A DNA stretch of 62,697 bases, counting the filler, from Mycoplasmatota bacterium (GTDB lineage Bacteria > Bacillota_I > Bacilli_A > RF39 > UBA660): the NCBI GenBank assembly GCA_012727915.1. It is 4 parts of 4 records of this genome, joined end to end, with 100 filler letters (N's around TTAATTAATTAA, not from the genome) between each part and the next. Parts side by side here need not be neighbours in the genome. Positions count along the whole stretch, not along the records: positions 41,497 to 60,559 come from JAAYGD010000044.1; 3 more parts are not named here. One strand, 5' to 3'. Under the pieces are notes generated by a model. The model was not told the origin of the DNA, ran no database searches, and saw only the letters and a list, made by a program, of their open reading frames with translations. This document shows, piece by piece, positions 42,161 through 52,510 of this stretch. The number at the start of each line of letters is the position of its first letter. Within the stretch, counting starts at the first letter, position 1. Both the position numbers and the translations under genes were made by a program.

Positions 42161-43573
42161 ATGAATACACCTAGTATTAATAAAGCTAAAATTAGAAATA
42201 AAGAAATAGTAAATAAAATAAATTATGAAATAGATGATAAGTATTTAAATATAGGAAAAAATAAAACATATTATATAAAAACATATGGTTGTCAAATGAA
42301 TGAAAGAGATTCTGAAAATATATGTGCAATGTTAGAATCTATTGGATATTCTAGAATAGATAAATATGAAGATGCTGATTTTATTATTTTAAATACATGC
42401 GCAATAAGAGAAAATGTTCATAATAAAGTATTTGGTATGTTAGGAAGAATTAAACATTTAAAAGAAACAAAAGAAGATGTAATTGTGGGTGTATGTGGGT
42501 GTATGTCTCAAGAAGAAATAGTTGTTAATAAAATTAAAGATAAGTACAAATGGATTAATTTTGTATTTGGTACTCATAATCTTCACAAATTACCAGAAAT
42601 AATATTTAATTCTATTAATAATAATAGACAAGAAATAGATGTATGGAGTAAAGAAGGGGATATAGTAGAAGGAATTCCTATACATAGAGAAAATAAGTAT
42701 AAAGCATGGGTTAATATTATTTATGGTTGTGATAAATTTTGTACTTATTGTATTGTGCCTTTTACAAGAGGTAAAGAAAGAAGTAGAGATAAAGAAGATA
42801 TAATTAATGAAGTAAAAGAATTGGTAAAAGAAGGATATAAAGAAGTTACTTTATTAGGTCAAAATGTTAATGCTTATGGTAAGGATAAATATGATAATTA
42901 TAATATGTCTAATTTGTTAAATGATATAAGTAAAACAAATATTGAAAGAATTAAATTTGTAACTAGTCATCCTTGGGATTTTACTGATGATATGATTTTA
43001 GAAATTAAAAATAATAAGAATATACTTCCTTATATTCATTTGCCAGTTCAAAGTGGTTCAAATAAAATATTAAAATTGATGGGAAGAAGATATACTAAAG
43101 AAACTTATTTGGAATTGTTTAATAAGTTAAAAGATAATATTCCTAATTGTTCTATTACTACAGATATAATTGTAGGTTTTCCTGGAGAAACAGAAGAAGA
43201 TTTTAATGAAACGTTAGACTTGGTTAATGAGTGTAAATTTGATTCTGCATATACATTTATATATTCACCAAGATCTGGAACAGCATCATCAAGATTAATA
43301 GATGATATTAGTATTGAAGAGAAGGAAAATAGGCTATATAAATTAAATGAAATAGTAAATAAATACGCTAGAGAAAAGATGGATAAAACAGTAGGTAATA
43401 TTTATAAAGTATTAGTAGAGTCTGAAAGTAATAAAAATGGTATGTTGATGGGTTATACTGAAACTGGTAAATTAGTTAATCTTAAAGGAGATATAAGTTT
43501 AATAGGTAAGATTATTGATGTTAAAATAATTGAATCTAGAACATGGAGTCTATATGGGGAACATATTCAATAA
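42161..43573 (+). CDS. miaB: tRNA methylthiotransferase MiaB
   Basis: TYGCQMN, NTCAIRE, GCM, CDKFCTYC radical SAM motif, TRAM domain. Confidence 0.97.
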   Translation: MNTPSINKAKIRNKEIVNKINYEIDDKYLNIGKNKTYYIKTYGCQMNERDSENICAMLESIGYSRIDKYEDADFIILNTCAIRENVHNKVFGMLGRIKHLKETKEDVIVGVCGCMSQEEIVVNKIKDKYKWINFVFGTHNLHKLPEIIFNSINNNRQEIDVWSKEGDIVEGIPIHRENKYKAWVNIIYGCDKFCTYCIVPFTRGKERSRDKEDIINEVKELVKEGYKEVTLLGQNVNAYGKDKYDNYNMSNLLNDISKTNIERIKFVTSHPWDFTDDMILEIKNNKNILPYIHLPVQSGSNKILKLMGRRYTKETYLELFNKLKDNIPNCSITTDIIVGFPGETEEDFNETLDLVNECKFDSAYTFIYSPRSGTASSRLIDDISIEEKENRLYKLNEIVNKYAREKMDKTVGNIYKVLVESESNKNGMLMGYTETGKLVNLKGDISLIGKIIDVKIIESRTWSLYGEHIQ

Positions 43574-43623
43574 TGTTCCTTTTTTTTATATATTTTGTTA
43601 TAATTATATTATGAGGTAAGCAT

Positions 43624-45750
43624 ATGTCTAAAAAGAGAGAATATAAAAAGAGAAAATATAAAAAGAAACATAATATTCAATTAGCGGGTATTATTATGTC
43701 TTTATTATCTATAATTGGTTTGGGTAGATTAGGAATAGTGGGCAAGTTTATTATGTCTATTGGTGTATTTTTTATGGGCCAATTATGGTTTGTTGGATTA
43801 ATATTAATGTGTTTAATTGGAATATATATGACATTTGTAAATAAAAAATATGGTCTTACTATTAGAACCATTGGATTATCGATGATTATATTTTCTTTTT
43901 TAATTTTGGTTCATAATAATTTCATTGAAGAATTAGGAGTAGATGTATCTCAAACATTTAAAATGGTATTTGATCAAATGATGTCAGCATTAAAAGGCAC
44001 AAATAATTCTAATGGTGGAGGAATAATAGGTGTTTCTTCATTATGGTTATTTATTAAATTATTTTCAGTTATAGGTACAAAAATAGTATCCGTTGTATTT
44101 ATTATTATAGGAATAGTATTCTTATTTGATATATCTTTAATAGATTTAATCAAGAAATTTATAGAAAAAGTTAAAACTTCTAAACAAAATAAGAATATTA
44201 AAGAAAAAGTTTTATTAGAAGAAGATGATTCAAATAAAAAGATTATTAGTACTTTAGATGAATTAAATGAACCTGATGAAAAAGAAGAAGTTGTAGATAA
44301 ACCAGCAGAAATTATTGATGATGGTAGTTATATATTACCAAGTATTGATTTACTTAATACACATAAGAAGAACGCAAAGAATAATAATAAAGCAGCTATT
44401 GTACAAAATGTTGAAAAATTAGAAAGAGTTTTAAAGGATTTTGATATAGATGCTAAAGTAGTAGAGGTTAATGTTGGGCCTTCTGTAACTCAATATGAAA
44501 TGGAATTAAAGTCTGGAACTAAATTAAGTAGAGTACTTGGAGTTAATAGAGAAATTTCTTTAGCTTTAGCTGCTAAAGAAGTAAGAATACAAGCTCCTAT
44601 ACCTGGTAAAACTACTATTGGTATAGAAATACCAAATATGGAAAATACCATAGTATCTTTAAAAGAAGTGCTTTCTGATCTTCCAAAAATAGTATCTAAT
44701 AGTAAATTATGTGTTCCTTTAGGAAAAAATATAATGGGTAGAACTATGTTTATGGAAATAAATAAAACTCCTCACTTATTAGTTGCTGGAGCAACAGGAA
44801 GTGGAAAATCATCTTGTATTAATTCAATAATAGTATCTATATTAATGAGAACTAAACCTAGTGAAGTTAAGTTGGTGTTAGTAGATCCTAAAAAAGTAGA
44901 GATGGGTATGTATAATGGAGCACCACACTTATTAATGCCGGTAATAACTGACGCTAAGAAAGCTTCGGTTGCATTACAAAGAATGGTTACTGAAATGGAT
45001 AGAAGATATAATTTATTTAGTGAAACTAATACAAAGAATATTGAAGATTATAATAGATTAATTGATAGCAAAGCAAAACAAGGTGAAAGAATGCCTTATA
45101 TAGTTGTAATAATTGATGAATTAGCTGATTTAATGTTAATAGCAGCTAAAGAAGTTGAAGATTCAATATTAAGAGTAACACAACTCGCTAGAGCAGCGGG
45201 AATTCATTTAATAGTAGCAACTCAAAGACCTTCTACAGACGTTATTACAGGCCTAATTAAAGCCAATTTGCCTTCAAGGTTATCATTCTCTGTTTCATCA
45301 AGTATTGATTCTAGAACCATATTGGATATGACTGGAGCAGAAAAACTATTGGGTAGAGGAGATATGTTGTTTTTACCTACAGGAGAATCAGCACCAGTAA
45401 GAATTCAAGGTGCATATGTATCTGACGATGAAATACAAAGAGTAGTAGATCATACTGTTAAACAACAAAAGAGTAAATATGATGAAAGATTTTCTTTAGA
45501 GAATGAAGATGCTACAAGAATACACGATGATGATGATGAAGAATATGAAGATCCTTTATATGAAGAGATAGTTGAATTTATAGTTAAAACTCAAAAAGCT
45601 AGTGCATCATTATTACAAAGAAGATTTAAACTTGGTTATAATAGAGCAGCAAGAATAATTGACTTGTTGGAAGAAAGAGGTATAATAGGACCAGTTCAAA
45701 GTGGTTCTAAACCAAGAGAGGTATTAGTTAAGTTAGAAGAAGATAAATAG
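43624..45750 (+). CDS. ftsK: DNA translocase FtsK/SpoIIIE
   Basis: N-terminal TM helices, PHLLVAGATGSGKS, DELADLM, ATQRPS, gamma domain LQRRF.LGYNRAAR. Confidence 0.97.
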   Translation: MSKKREYKKRKYKKKHNIQLAGIIMSLLSIIGLGRLGIVGKFIMSIGVFFMGQLWFVGLILMCLIGIYMTFVNKKYGLTIRTIGLSMIIFSFLILVHNNFIEELGVDVSQTFKMVFDQMMSALKGTNNSNGGGIIGVSSLWLFIKLFSVIGTKIVSVVFIIIGIVFLFDISLIDLIKKFIEKVKTSKQNKNIKEKVLLEEDDSNKKIISTLDELNEPDEKEEVVDKPAEIIDDGSYILPSIDLLNTHKKNAKNNNKAAIVQNVEKLERVLKDFDIDAKVVEVNVGPSVTQYEMELKSGTKLSRVLGVNREISLALAAKEVRIQAPIPGKTTIGIEIPNMENTIVSLKEVLSDLPKIVSNSKLCVPLGKNIMGRTMFMEINKTPHLLVAGATGSGKSSCINSIIVSILMRTKPSEVKLVLVDPKKVEMGMYNGAPHLLMPVITDAKKASVALQRMVTEMDRRYNLFSETNTKNIEDYNRLIDSKAKQGERMPYIVVIIDELADLMLIAAKEVEDSILRVTQLARAAGIHLIVATQRPSTDVITGLIKANLPSRLSFSVSSSIDSRTILDMTGAEKLLGRGDMLFLPTGESAPVRIQGAYVSDDEIQRVVDHTVKQQKSKYDERFSLENEDATRIHDDDDEEYEDPLYEEIVEFIVKTQKASASLLQRRFKLGYNRAARIIDLLEERGIIGPVQSGSKPREVLVKLEEDK

Positions 45751-45759
45751 GAGGGTTTT

Positions 45760-46530
45760 ATGATAGGAAAAGATATACAAGAGACTTATGGAGTAAGGGT
45801 ATATAAAGATGGGAAACCAATTATTGAATATCCATATTATTCTTTAAAAAAAATATATGAGCACACAATAAAATATGAAAATGAAGAAGATTTAACTAAA
45901 TCAATTAGTGAATCAATTAAAAAAAAGCATAGTGAGTTATATGAAGAAAATAGTAAATATACAGCGAAAATAGTATATTATCCTAATAAAGAAGAAGCTA
46001 AGAATTTAATTAATAATAATCCTAATTATGTTATGACTAATGGAGAAACAAGTGATTTAATGCCGCTTCTATTTTGGAAAGATAAAGATATATTTGAAGA
46101 AGATAAAACTAAAAAAAGATATGAAGAATTAGTAAGTAGTGATAGATTTAGAAGAAGAATTTCAAATTTGTTTTGGGAAACTGAAGGATTATCAAAGATA
46201 GCAAAAGCTTATAGACATTCTAAATTACAAGAAGATAGTGATTTTTATGGAATGAAATTATATGATGCAGTTTCTAATGGATTTAAATGGTATACTGCTA
46301 TATATGTTATTATGTCTAGAGAGTTTCCAAAACCAATTAAAGAAGAAAAAAAAGTAAGTAAACCAGTTCAAACTGAAATGGATTATAAAAAAGAAATACC
46401 TTGGATAGATTGGTTTTATTTAGATGATGAAGAGAAGGATTATTATAAACAAGGTCCAATGCAAGAAGGGGATTCACTAAGATTATTTGAATATGTTTCA
46501 AGAAAAGAAAGGGAGAGCAAAAAAAGATAA
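45760..46530 (+). CDS. Hypothetical protein
   Basis: 256-aa ORF with AGGAGG RBS; no motif recognised. Confidence 0.75.
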   Translation: MIGKDIQETYGVRVYKDGKPIIEYPYYSLKKIYEHTIKYENEEDLTKSISESIKKKHSELYEENSKYTAKIVYYPNKEEAKNLINNNPNYVMTNGETSDLMPLLFWKDKDIFEEDKTKKRYEELVSSDRFRRRISNLFWETEGLSKIAKAYRHSKLQEDSDFYGMKLYDAVSNGFKWYTAIYVIMSREFPKPIKEEKKVSKPVQTEMDYKKEIPWIDWFYLDDEEKDYYKQGPMQEGDSLRLFEYVSRKERESKKR

Positions 46531-46559
46531 CCGTAAGGTTATTTTTTAGAAAGGATTGT

Positions 46560-47450
46560 ATGAATTATATAAATGATTTTATTAATTATTTATTAAATGT
46601 AAGAAATTATAGTGAAAACACAATAATTAATTATAAAATTGATTTAGATGAATATTATAAATATATTAAATCTAATAATATTGAAATATTAGAAATAAAA
46701 TATGAAAATATTAATCCTTTTTTAGCGACTCTTTATAATATTAAACATTATTCTAAATCTTCAGTTAGTAGAAAGATAAGTACATTAAGAAGCTTTTATA
46801 AATATTTATATGATAATGAATTAATTGATAAAAATCCTTTTCTATTTATTTCTTTACCTAAAAAAGAAAAGAAATTGCCGAGATTTGTTAATTATGAGGA
46901 TTTAGATTTAATTTTAAATAGTCCTGATTTAAATACAGATATTGGAGTTAGAGACAGATTAATATTAGAATTGTTATATGGAACTGGTATTAGAGTATCA
47001 GAATTATGTAATATAAAAATTGATGATATTGATTTAAAAAATAAGACTATTAGAATAATTGGAAAAGGTAACAAAGAAAGAATAGTATTATATGGGGAAT
47101 ATTGTGAAAATATATTAGAAAAATATATAAATATTAATAGAAAAAATTTATTAAAAGATAAGGATCATAGTATTTTAATATTATCAAATAATGGTTCAAA
47201 TATTAGTGTTAGTACTGTTCAAAAAATATTATCAAATATATTAAAGAAGGTATCAATCAAAAAAAATATTACTCCCCATGTTTTTAGACATACTTTTGCA
47301 ACTCATTTATTAAATGAAGGTTGTGATATTTTAACTGTAAAAGAATTATTAGGACATTCTTCATTAGATACTACTCAAATATATACTCATGTTTCTAATG
47401 AAAAATTAAGACAAGTATATTTGGATACTCATCCAAGAGCTAAAAAATAA
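46560..47450 (+). CDS. xerC: XerC/CodV-type tyrosine recombinase
   Basis: SAM-like N-domain, LY.TG.RVSE, GKGNKER, PHVFRH.FATHLL, LLGH.SL.TTQIY.H. Confidence 0.88.
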   Translation: MNYINDFINYLLNVRNYSENTIINYKIDLDEYYKYIKSNNIEILEIKYENINPFLATLYNIKHYSKSSVSRKISTLRSFYKYLYDNELIDKNPFLFISLPKKEKKLPRFVNYEDLDLILNSPDLNTDIGVRDRLILELLYGTGIRVSELCNIKIDDIDLKNKTIRIIGKGNKERIVLYGEYCENILEKYININRKNLLKDKDHSILILSNNGSNISVSTVQKILSNILKKVSIKKNITPHVFRHTFATHLLNEGCDILTVKELLGHSSLDTTQIYTHVSNEKLRQVYLDTHPRAKK

Positions 47451-47500
47451 TTTGTGAAGTAATTAAAATATGATAAAATATAATCATAAGGAGAATAAAA

Positions 47501-48030
47501 ATGAAAAAAATATTTATATTTGTTTAACAATATTCTTATTTGCGGGATGTAGTTTGTTTGATTCAAAGGAAACTACTAAACAAATTAATCAAATGACAGG
47601 AACGGAATTCATAGAATATGTGAGTGATTTAAGTGATGAAGAATTAACAAATAAATTTAGTGAAGGAGAAAATAGTGAATTCGCAAAAAGAATAAGTGAA
47701 CTTAGTGAAGAAGAAGGGAAATTATTTCTTGATGCATTGGCAAATAGAGTAAGCGAAGAAGATAAAGATAATACGAAAAGTAAGACAATGCAATTAGCAG
47801 CTTATACTATTAAGACAAAACTATTAACAGAATTAGCTACCGATATTGTAAATGAAACGAATAAATTTAATGAAGGATTAGAAATGCATTGTGTTACTTA
47901 TGTTGAAATAGAAGATTATATAGATGAATGCAAGTTTACAATTGTAGGAGATAAAGAAGATTTAAATATTAAAGTATCAATTACAGGAAAAGGTGATTAT
48001 AAAGGATTGTCTGCTACTACGGATGAATAA
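47501..48030 (+). pseudogene. Lipoprotein with a frameshift in its signal peptide
   Basis: AAGGAG plus ATG 47501 reads MKKIFIFV*. The lipobox FAGC and the mature domain lie in the adjacent frame. Confidence 0.7.
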
Positions 48031-48146
48031 CTACTCTTATGTGTATTTTTTTAAATATTTGATATATAGTCAGTAATTATAAAAGTTAAAGTAATAGGTA
48101 CATATATCAATACATCACAAACAGGAGTATGGACTAAGCAATAGTA

Positions 48147-48194
48147 AAATAAGAGTAAAGATATGTTGTTTACTCTTATTTTTTTTGGTATAAT
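48147..48194 (+). terminator. Terminator abutting the extended -10 promoter of ppdK
   Basis: AATAAGAGTAAA...TTTACTCTTATT, T tract, then TGGTATAAT. Confidence 0.75.
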
Positions 48195-48219
48195 CAATAA
48201 GTGTGTTTAAGGAGGTAAG

Positions 48220-50847
48220 ATGATTAAATACGTATATGCTTTTGAAGAAGGCAAAAAAGAAATGAGAAATTTATTGGGAGGAAAAGGAGCTAATTTAGCG
48301 GAAATGACTAATATTGGTTTACCTGTTCCAAGAGGATTTACTATAAGTACAGAGGCTTGTACTGAATATTATAATAATAATGAATCTATAACTGATGAAA
48401 TGATTAAAGAAATATTTTTAAAATTAGATGAATTGGAAAATAAAACTGGTAAAAAGATGGGAGATTTAAATAATCCTTTGTTAGTATCGGTTAGAAGTGG
48501 TTCTAGAGCAAGTATGCCTGGAATGATGGATACTGTTCTTAATTTAGGATTAAATGATGAAGTGGCTAAAGGATTTGCTGAAGCTACTAATAATCCTAGA
48601 TTTGCGTATGATTCTTATAGAAGATTTATACAAATGTTTTCTGATGTAGTTAAAGGATATTCTAAAGCATCTTTTGAAAGATATTTTGATAAGATTAAAG
48701 AAGAAAAAGGTGTAAGTAATGATTTAGAATTAACAGCAGAAGATATGAAAGAAGTTACAGAAAAATTTAAAGCTAATTATTTAGAATTATCTGGAGAGGA
48801 ATTTCCTCAAGATCCTAAAGTTCAATTGATAGAAGCTGTAAAGGCTGTATTTCAATCTTGGATGAATGAAAGAGCTATAGTATATAGAAGATTAAATGAA
48901 ATACCTAGTGATTGGGGAACTGCAGTTAATGTTCAAGAGATGGTATATGGTAATAGAGGAAATAATTGTGGAACAGGAGTAGCATTTACTAGAAATCCTT
49001 CAACTGGAGAAAAGAAATTATATGGAGAATATTTAATTAATGCTCAAGGTGAAGATGTTGTAGCGGGAATTAGAACTCCAGAACCAATATCTAAATTAGA
49101 GACAGATATGCCAGAAGTATATAATGAATTTGTTAAAATTGCGGATTTATTAGAACATCATTATAAAGATATGCAAGATATGGAATTTACTATTGAAAAT
49201 GGTAAGTTGTTTATGCTTCAAACTAGAAATGGAAAAAGAACTGCAGCAGCAGCATTAAAGGTTGCGGTTGATTTAGTAAGTGAAGGAATGATTACAAAAG
49301 AAGAAGCTTTATTAAAAGTAGAACCAAAACAATTAGATCAATTATTGCATCCTAATTTTGATTTGGAATCGCTTAAGAATGCTAAACCTATTACAACAGG
49401 ATTAGCTGCATCTCCTGGAGCTGCTAATGGTAAAATATATTTTAGTGCTGAAGATGTAGTAGAAGCAAATGAAAGAGGAGAAAAAGTATTATTAGTAAGA
49501 TTAGAAACTTCTCCTGAAGATATTGAAGGAATGAATTCTGCTGAAGGTATATTAACATTAAGAGGGGGAATGACTTCTCATGCTGCTGTAGTAGCAAGAG
49601 GAATGGGTAAATGTTGTGTATCTGGATGTGGAGAATTAACTATAGATGAACACAATAAAACTTTAAGTACAAAAGATGGTAGAGTATTTAAAGAAGGCGA
49701 CTTAATGAGTTTAGATGGTTCTACAGGAAACGTTTATGGAGAAGCAATAAAGACTACTGAACCTGAAATAAGTGGAGATTTTAAAACATTTATGTCATGG
49801 GCAGATGAAGTTAGAACTATGAAAGTTAGAACTAATGCTGATACTCCAAAAGACGCTAAACAAGCATTAAGTTTTGGAGCTGAAGGTATTGGATTATGTA
49901 GAACTGAACACATGTTCTTCCAAGCAGATAGAATATTTGCAGTAAGACAAATGATTTTAGCGGAAACAGTAGAAGCTAGAGAAACTGCTTTAGCTAAATT
50001 ATTACCAATGCAAAGAGGAGATTTTGAAGAAATATTTAAAGTAATGAAAGATTTACCTGTTACTATTCGTTTCTTAGATCCACCTTTACATGAATTCTTA
50101 CCTAATACTGAAGAAGAAATTGATCATTTAGCAACCGAGTTAGGATTAGAAGTATCTAAAGTTAAAGAAAGAATATCTTTATTACATGAATTAAATCCAA
50201 TGATGGGACATCGTGGATGTAGATTATCAGTAACATATCCTGAGATTGCAAGAATGCAAACAAGAGCTGTTATTGAAGCTGCTATAAATGTATCAAAAGA
50301 AGGATCAAATGTAGTTCCTGAAATAATGATTCCTTTAGTAGGAGAAGTAAAAGAATTAAAATATGTAAAAGATATAGTAATTGAAGTTGCTGATAGTATT
50401 ATTAAAGAATCAGGTTTAGATTTACATTATAAGATAGGAACAATGATAGAAATACCTAGAGCTGCTCTTACTGCTGATAAAATAGCGGAAGAAGCTGAAT
50501 TCTTCTCATTTGGAACAAATGATTTAACTCAAATGACATTTGGATTCTCAAGAGATGATGCTGGTAAATTCTTAGGTGATTATTATAAGAAAAACATTTT
50601 AGAATCAGATCCATTTGCGAGATTAGATCAAAATGGAGTAGGTGAATTAGTTAAAATGTCAGTAGAAAAAGGTAGAAAAACAAGACCTGATATTAAATTA
50701 GGAATATGTGGAGAACATGGTGGAGAACCAAGTTCAGTAGAATTCTTTAATAGTATAGGATTAACATATGTATCTTGTTCACCTTATAGAGTGCCAATTG
50801 CAAGATTAGCAGCTGCTCAAGCTGCAATTAATGCAAAGAAAAACTAA
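48220..50847 (+). CDS. ppdK: Pyruvate, phosphate dikinase
   Basis: GGKGANLAEM, SMPGMMDT, GGMTSHAAVVARG phospho-His, SFGTNDLTQ, GICGEHGG. Confidence 0.99.
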   Translation: MIKYVYAFEEGKKEMRNLLGGKGANLAEMTNIGLPVPRGFTISTEACTEYYNNNESITDEMIKEIFLKLDELENKTGKKMGDLNNPLLVSVRSGSRASMPGMMDTVLNLGLNDEVAKGFAEATNNPRFAYDSYRRFIQMFSDVVKGYSKASFERYFDKIKEEKGVSNDLELTAEDMKEVTEKFKANYLELSGEEFPQDPKVQLIEAVKAVFQSWMNERAIVYRRLNEIPSDWGTAVNVQEMVYGNRGNNCGTGVAFTRNPSTGEKKLYGEYLINAQGEDVVAGIRTPEPISKLETDMPEVYNEFVKIADLLEHHYKDMQDMEFTIENGKLFMLQTRNGKRTAAAALKVAVDLVSEGMITKEEALLKVEPKQLDQLLHPNFDLESLKNAKPITTGLAASPGAANGKIYFSAEDVVEANERGEKVLLVRLETSPEDIEGMNSAEGILTLRGGMTSHAAVVARGMGKCCVSGCGELTIDEHNKTLSTKDGRVFKEGDLMSLDGSTGNVYGEAIKTTEPEISGDFKTFMSWADEVRTMKVRTNADTPKDAKQALSFGAEGIGLCRTEHMFFQADRIFAVRQMILAETVEARETALAKLLPMQRGDFEEIFKVMKDLPVTIRFLDPPLHEFLPNTEEEIDHLATELGLEVSKVKERISLLHELNPMMGHRGCRLSVTYPEIARMQTRAVIEAAINVSKEGSNVVPEIMIPLVGEVKELKYVKDIVIEVADSIIKESGLDLHYKIGTMIEIPRAALTADKIAEEAEFFSFGTNDLTQMTFGFSRDDAGKFLGDYYKKNILESDPFARLDQNGVGELVKMSVEKGRKTRPDIKLGICGEHGGEPSSVEFFNSIGLTYVSCSPYRVPIARLAAAQAAINAKKN

Positions 50848-50857
50848 TTAATAAATT

Positions 50858-50887
50858 AAAACTAAGATAGAAATATCTTAGTTTTTT
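50858..50887 (+). terminator. Terminator after ppdK
   Basis: AAAACTAAGATA-gaaa-TATCTTAGTTTT. Confidence 0.85.
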
Positions 50888-51008
50888 ATGGTAAAATTAT
50901 TATGTAAGAGAAAGACAAATAGTAATTTGTTAATATGTTAAAAAGCATTGCTTGTAGCAACGGGTATTTTTATAATAAACTGAATTTGATGAAAGGAGAA
51001 AGTATATT

Positions 51009-51524
51009 ATGTTAAAAGATAATTTAAAAACATTAAGAAAAAATAAAGGACTTTCACAAGAAGAATTAAGCATCAAATTACATGTTGTTAGACAAACTGT
51101 TTCAAAATGGGAATCAGGTTTATCTGTACCAGATGCTGAAATGCTAATGACAATCTCTGAAATATTTGAAACACCTGTTAGTGAAATCTTAGGAGAGAGT
51201 ATTGCAGAAAAAGAAAAAAATGACTTGAAAGTAATATCAGAAAAGTTAGAAGTTATTAATGAACAATTAGCAATGAAACAAAAACAAAAAAGAAAAATGT
51301 TAGTTAATACATTAATAATTGCTGATGTATGTTTAATAGTGTTATTTATCTTATTAGCGATATTAGGAAGTCCATATCAATCGTGGGATTATAGTAATCC
51401 AGAGTGGTCAGTAATTGGAACTTTATGGCATTCATTTGAATGGGTATATTTCAAAGTAGCTCCACTTATGATTGTTGTTATAACAGCAATACTTGGAGTA
51501 ATATTTGTTAAAAGAAATAAATAA
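51009..51524 (+). CDS. XRE-family HTH regulator with two C-terminal TM helices
   Basis: LK.LRK.KGLSQEEL...L.V.RQTVSKWE.G.S.PD. Confidence 0.92.
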   Translation: MLKDNLKTLRKNKGLSQEELSIKLHVVRQTVSKWESGLSVPDAEMLMTISEIFETPVSEILGESIAEKEKNDLKVISEKLEVINEQLAMKQKQKRKMLVNTLIIADVCLIVLFILLAILGSPYQSWDYSNPEWSVIGTLWHSFEWVYFKVAPLMIVVITAILGVIFVKRNK

Positions 51525-51598
51525 TTAAAAATTACAATTTATTGATTAGTAATAGCCAAAATATAGTTTTAATATAGTTTTGCTACCCTGGGCTGATT

Positions 51599-51628
51599 GC
51601 AGCTCAAGCTGTATTAAAACAAAAATAA
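51599..51628 (+). pseudogene. Displaced copy of the ppdK 3' end (AAQAVLKQK*)
   Basis: GCAGCTCAAGCTGTA matches ppdK 50812-50826 at 13/15, ends in TAA and is followed by a terminator. Confidence 0.55.
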
Positions 51629-51669
51629 TTAAAAGTTCTACATAGGTAGAACTTTTTTTGATATAATTA
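51629..51669 (+). repeat. 41-bp terminator/promoter direct repeat, copy 1
   Basis: TTAAAAGTTCTACATAGGTAGAACTTTTTTTGATATAATTA; 37/41 identical to 53303-53343. Confidence 0.85.
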
Positions 51670-51682
51670 ATATGGTGGCAAT

Positions 51683-52510
51683 ATGATAAAAGTAGAAAAA
51701 TTTACTAAAAAATATGGTGATTTTATTGCTGTAGATAATATTAGTTTTGAAATTAAAGAAAATGAAATAGTAGGTTTTGTTGGTCAAAATGGTGCTGGTA
51801 AATCTACAACAATTAGATGTATGATGAATATGTTATTTCCAACATTAGGTAAGATAACAATAAATGGATTGGATTCTGTTATAGATACTAAAAAAATCAA
51901 AGAAATAACTAGTTATATGCCTAGTGATACAATATTCTATGAAAATATTAAAGTAGATGATTTATTTAAATTTTGTTTAAAGTTTTCTAAAAAAGAATAC
52001 AGTGAAGTAGAAAAGTTAGCTAAATACTTTGAACTTGATTTAAATAAAAGAATTCATGAATTAAGTACAGGTAATAAAAAGAAAGTATCTATTGTTGAAG
52101 CATTACTTAAAGATAATGAAGTTATTATATTAGATGAACCAACTAGTGGTTTGGATCCTTTAATGCAAAAGAAGTTTTTTGATTTAATATTAAAAGAAAA
52201 AGCAAAAGGAGTAACAATATTTTTATCTAGTCATAATTTAAGAGAGATAGAAAAATATTGTGATAGAGTAATAATAATTAAATCTGGTAAAATAGTTGAA
52301 ACGATTGATTTAAAGAAAAAACAACAAATAAAATATATTGTTAGCTATGTAGATAAAAAAGATAATAAAACTATATATGAATATGATGGTAAAATAAATG
52401 ATTTAATTAAAGATTTGTCTTTGTTAGAAATAAAAGATTTAGAAATTAGAAAAAAGACAATTGAAGAAGAATTCATATCTTATTATGAAAGTAGTGATGA
52501 AAATGAATAA
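51683..52510 (+). CDS. ABC-2 type exporter ATP-binding protein
   Basis: GQNGAGKST, LSTGN, ILDEPTSGLDP, SSH. Confidence 0.95.
   Translation: MIKVEKFTKKYGDFIAVDNISFEIKENEIVGFVGQNGAGKSTTIRCMMNMLFPTLGKITINGLDSVIDTKKIKEITSYMPSDTIFYENIKVDDLFKFCLKFSKKEYSEVEKLAKYFELDLNKRIHELSTGNKKKVSIVEALLKDNEVIILDEPTSGLDPLMQKKFFDLILKEKAKGVTIFLSSHNLREIEKYCDRVIIIKSGKIVETIDLKKKQQIKYIVSYVDKKDNKTIYEYDGKINDLIKDLSLLEIKDLEIRKKTIEEEFISYYESSDENE

Noticed and set aside
46560..47450. Tyrosine recombinase as a mobile-element integrase near tRNA-Ser
   Set aside because: Size and motifs fit housekeeping XerC/CodV next to ftsK, and no duplicated tRNA 3' end was found.
48070..48144. Short open stretch SVIIKVKVIGTYINTSQTGVWTKQ* before a terminator
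   Set aside because: It could be another gene tail, but it is too short and does not match xerC or the lipoprotein convincingly.
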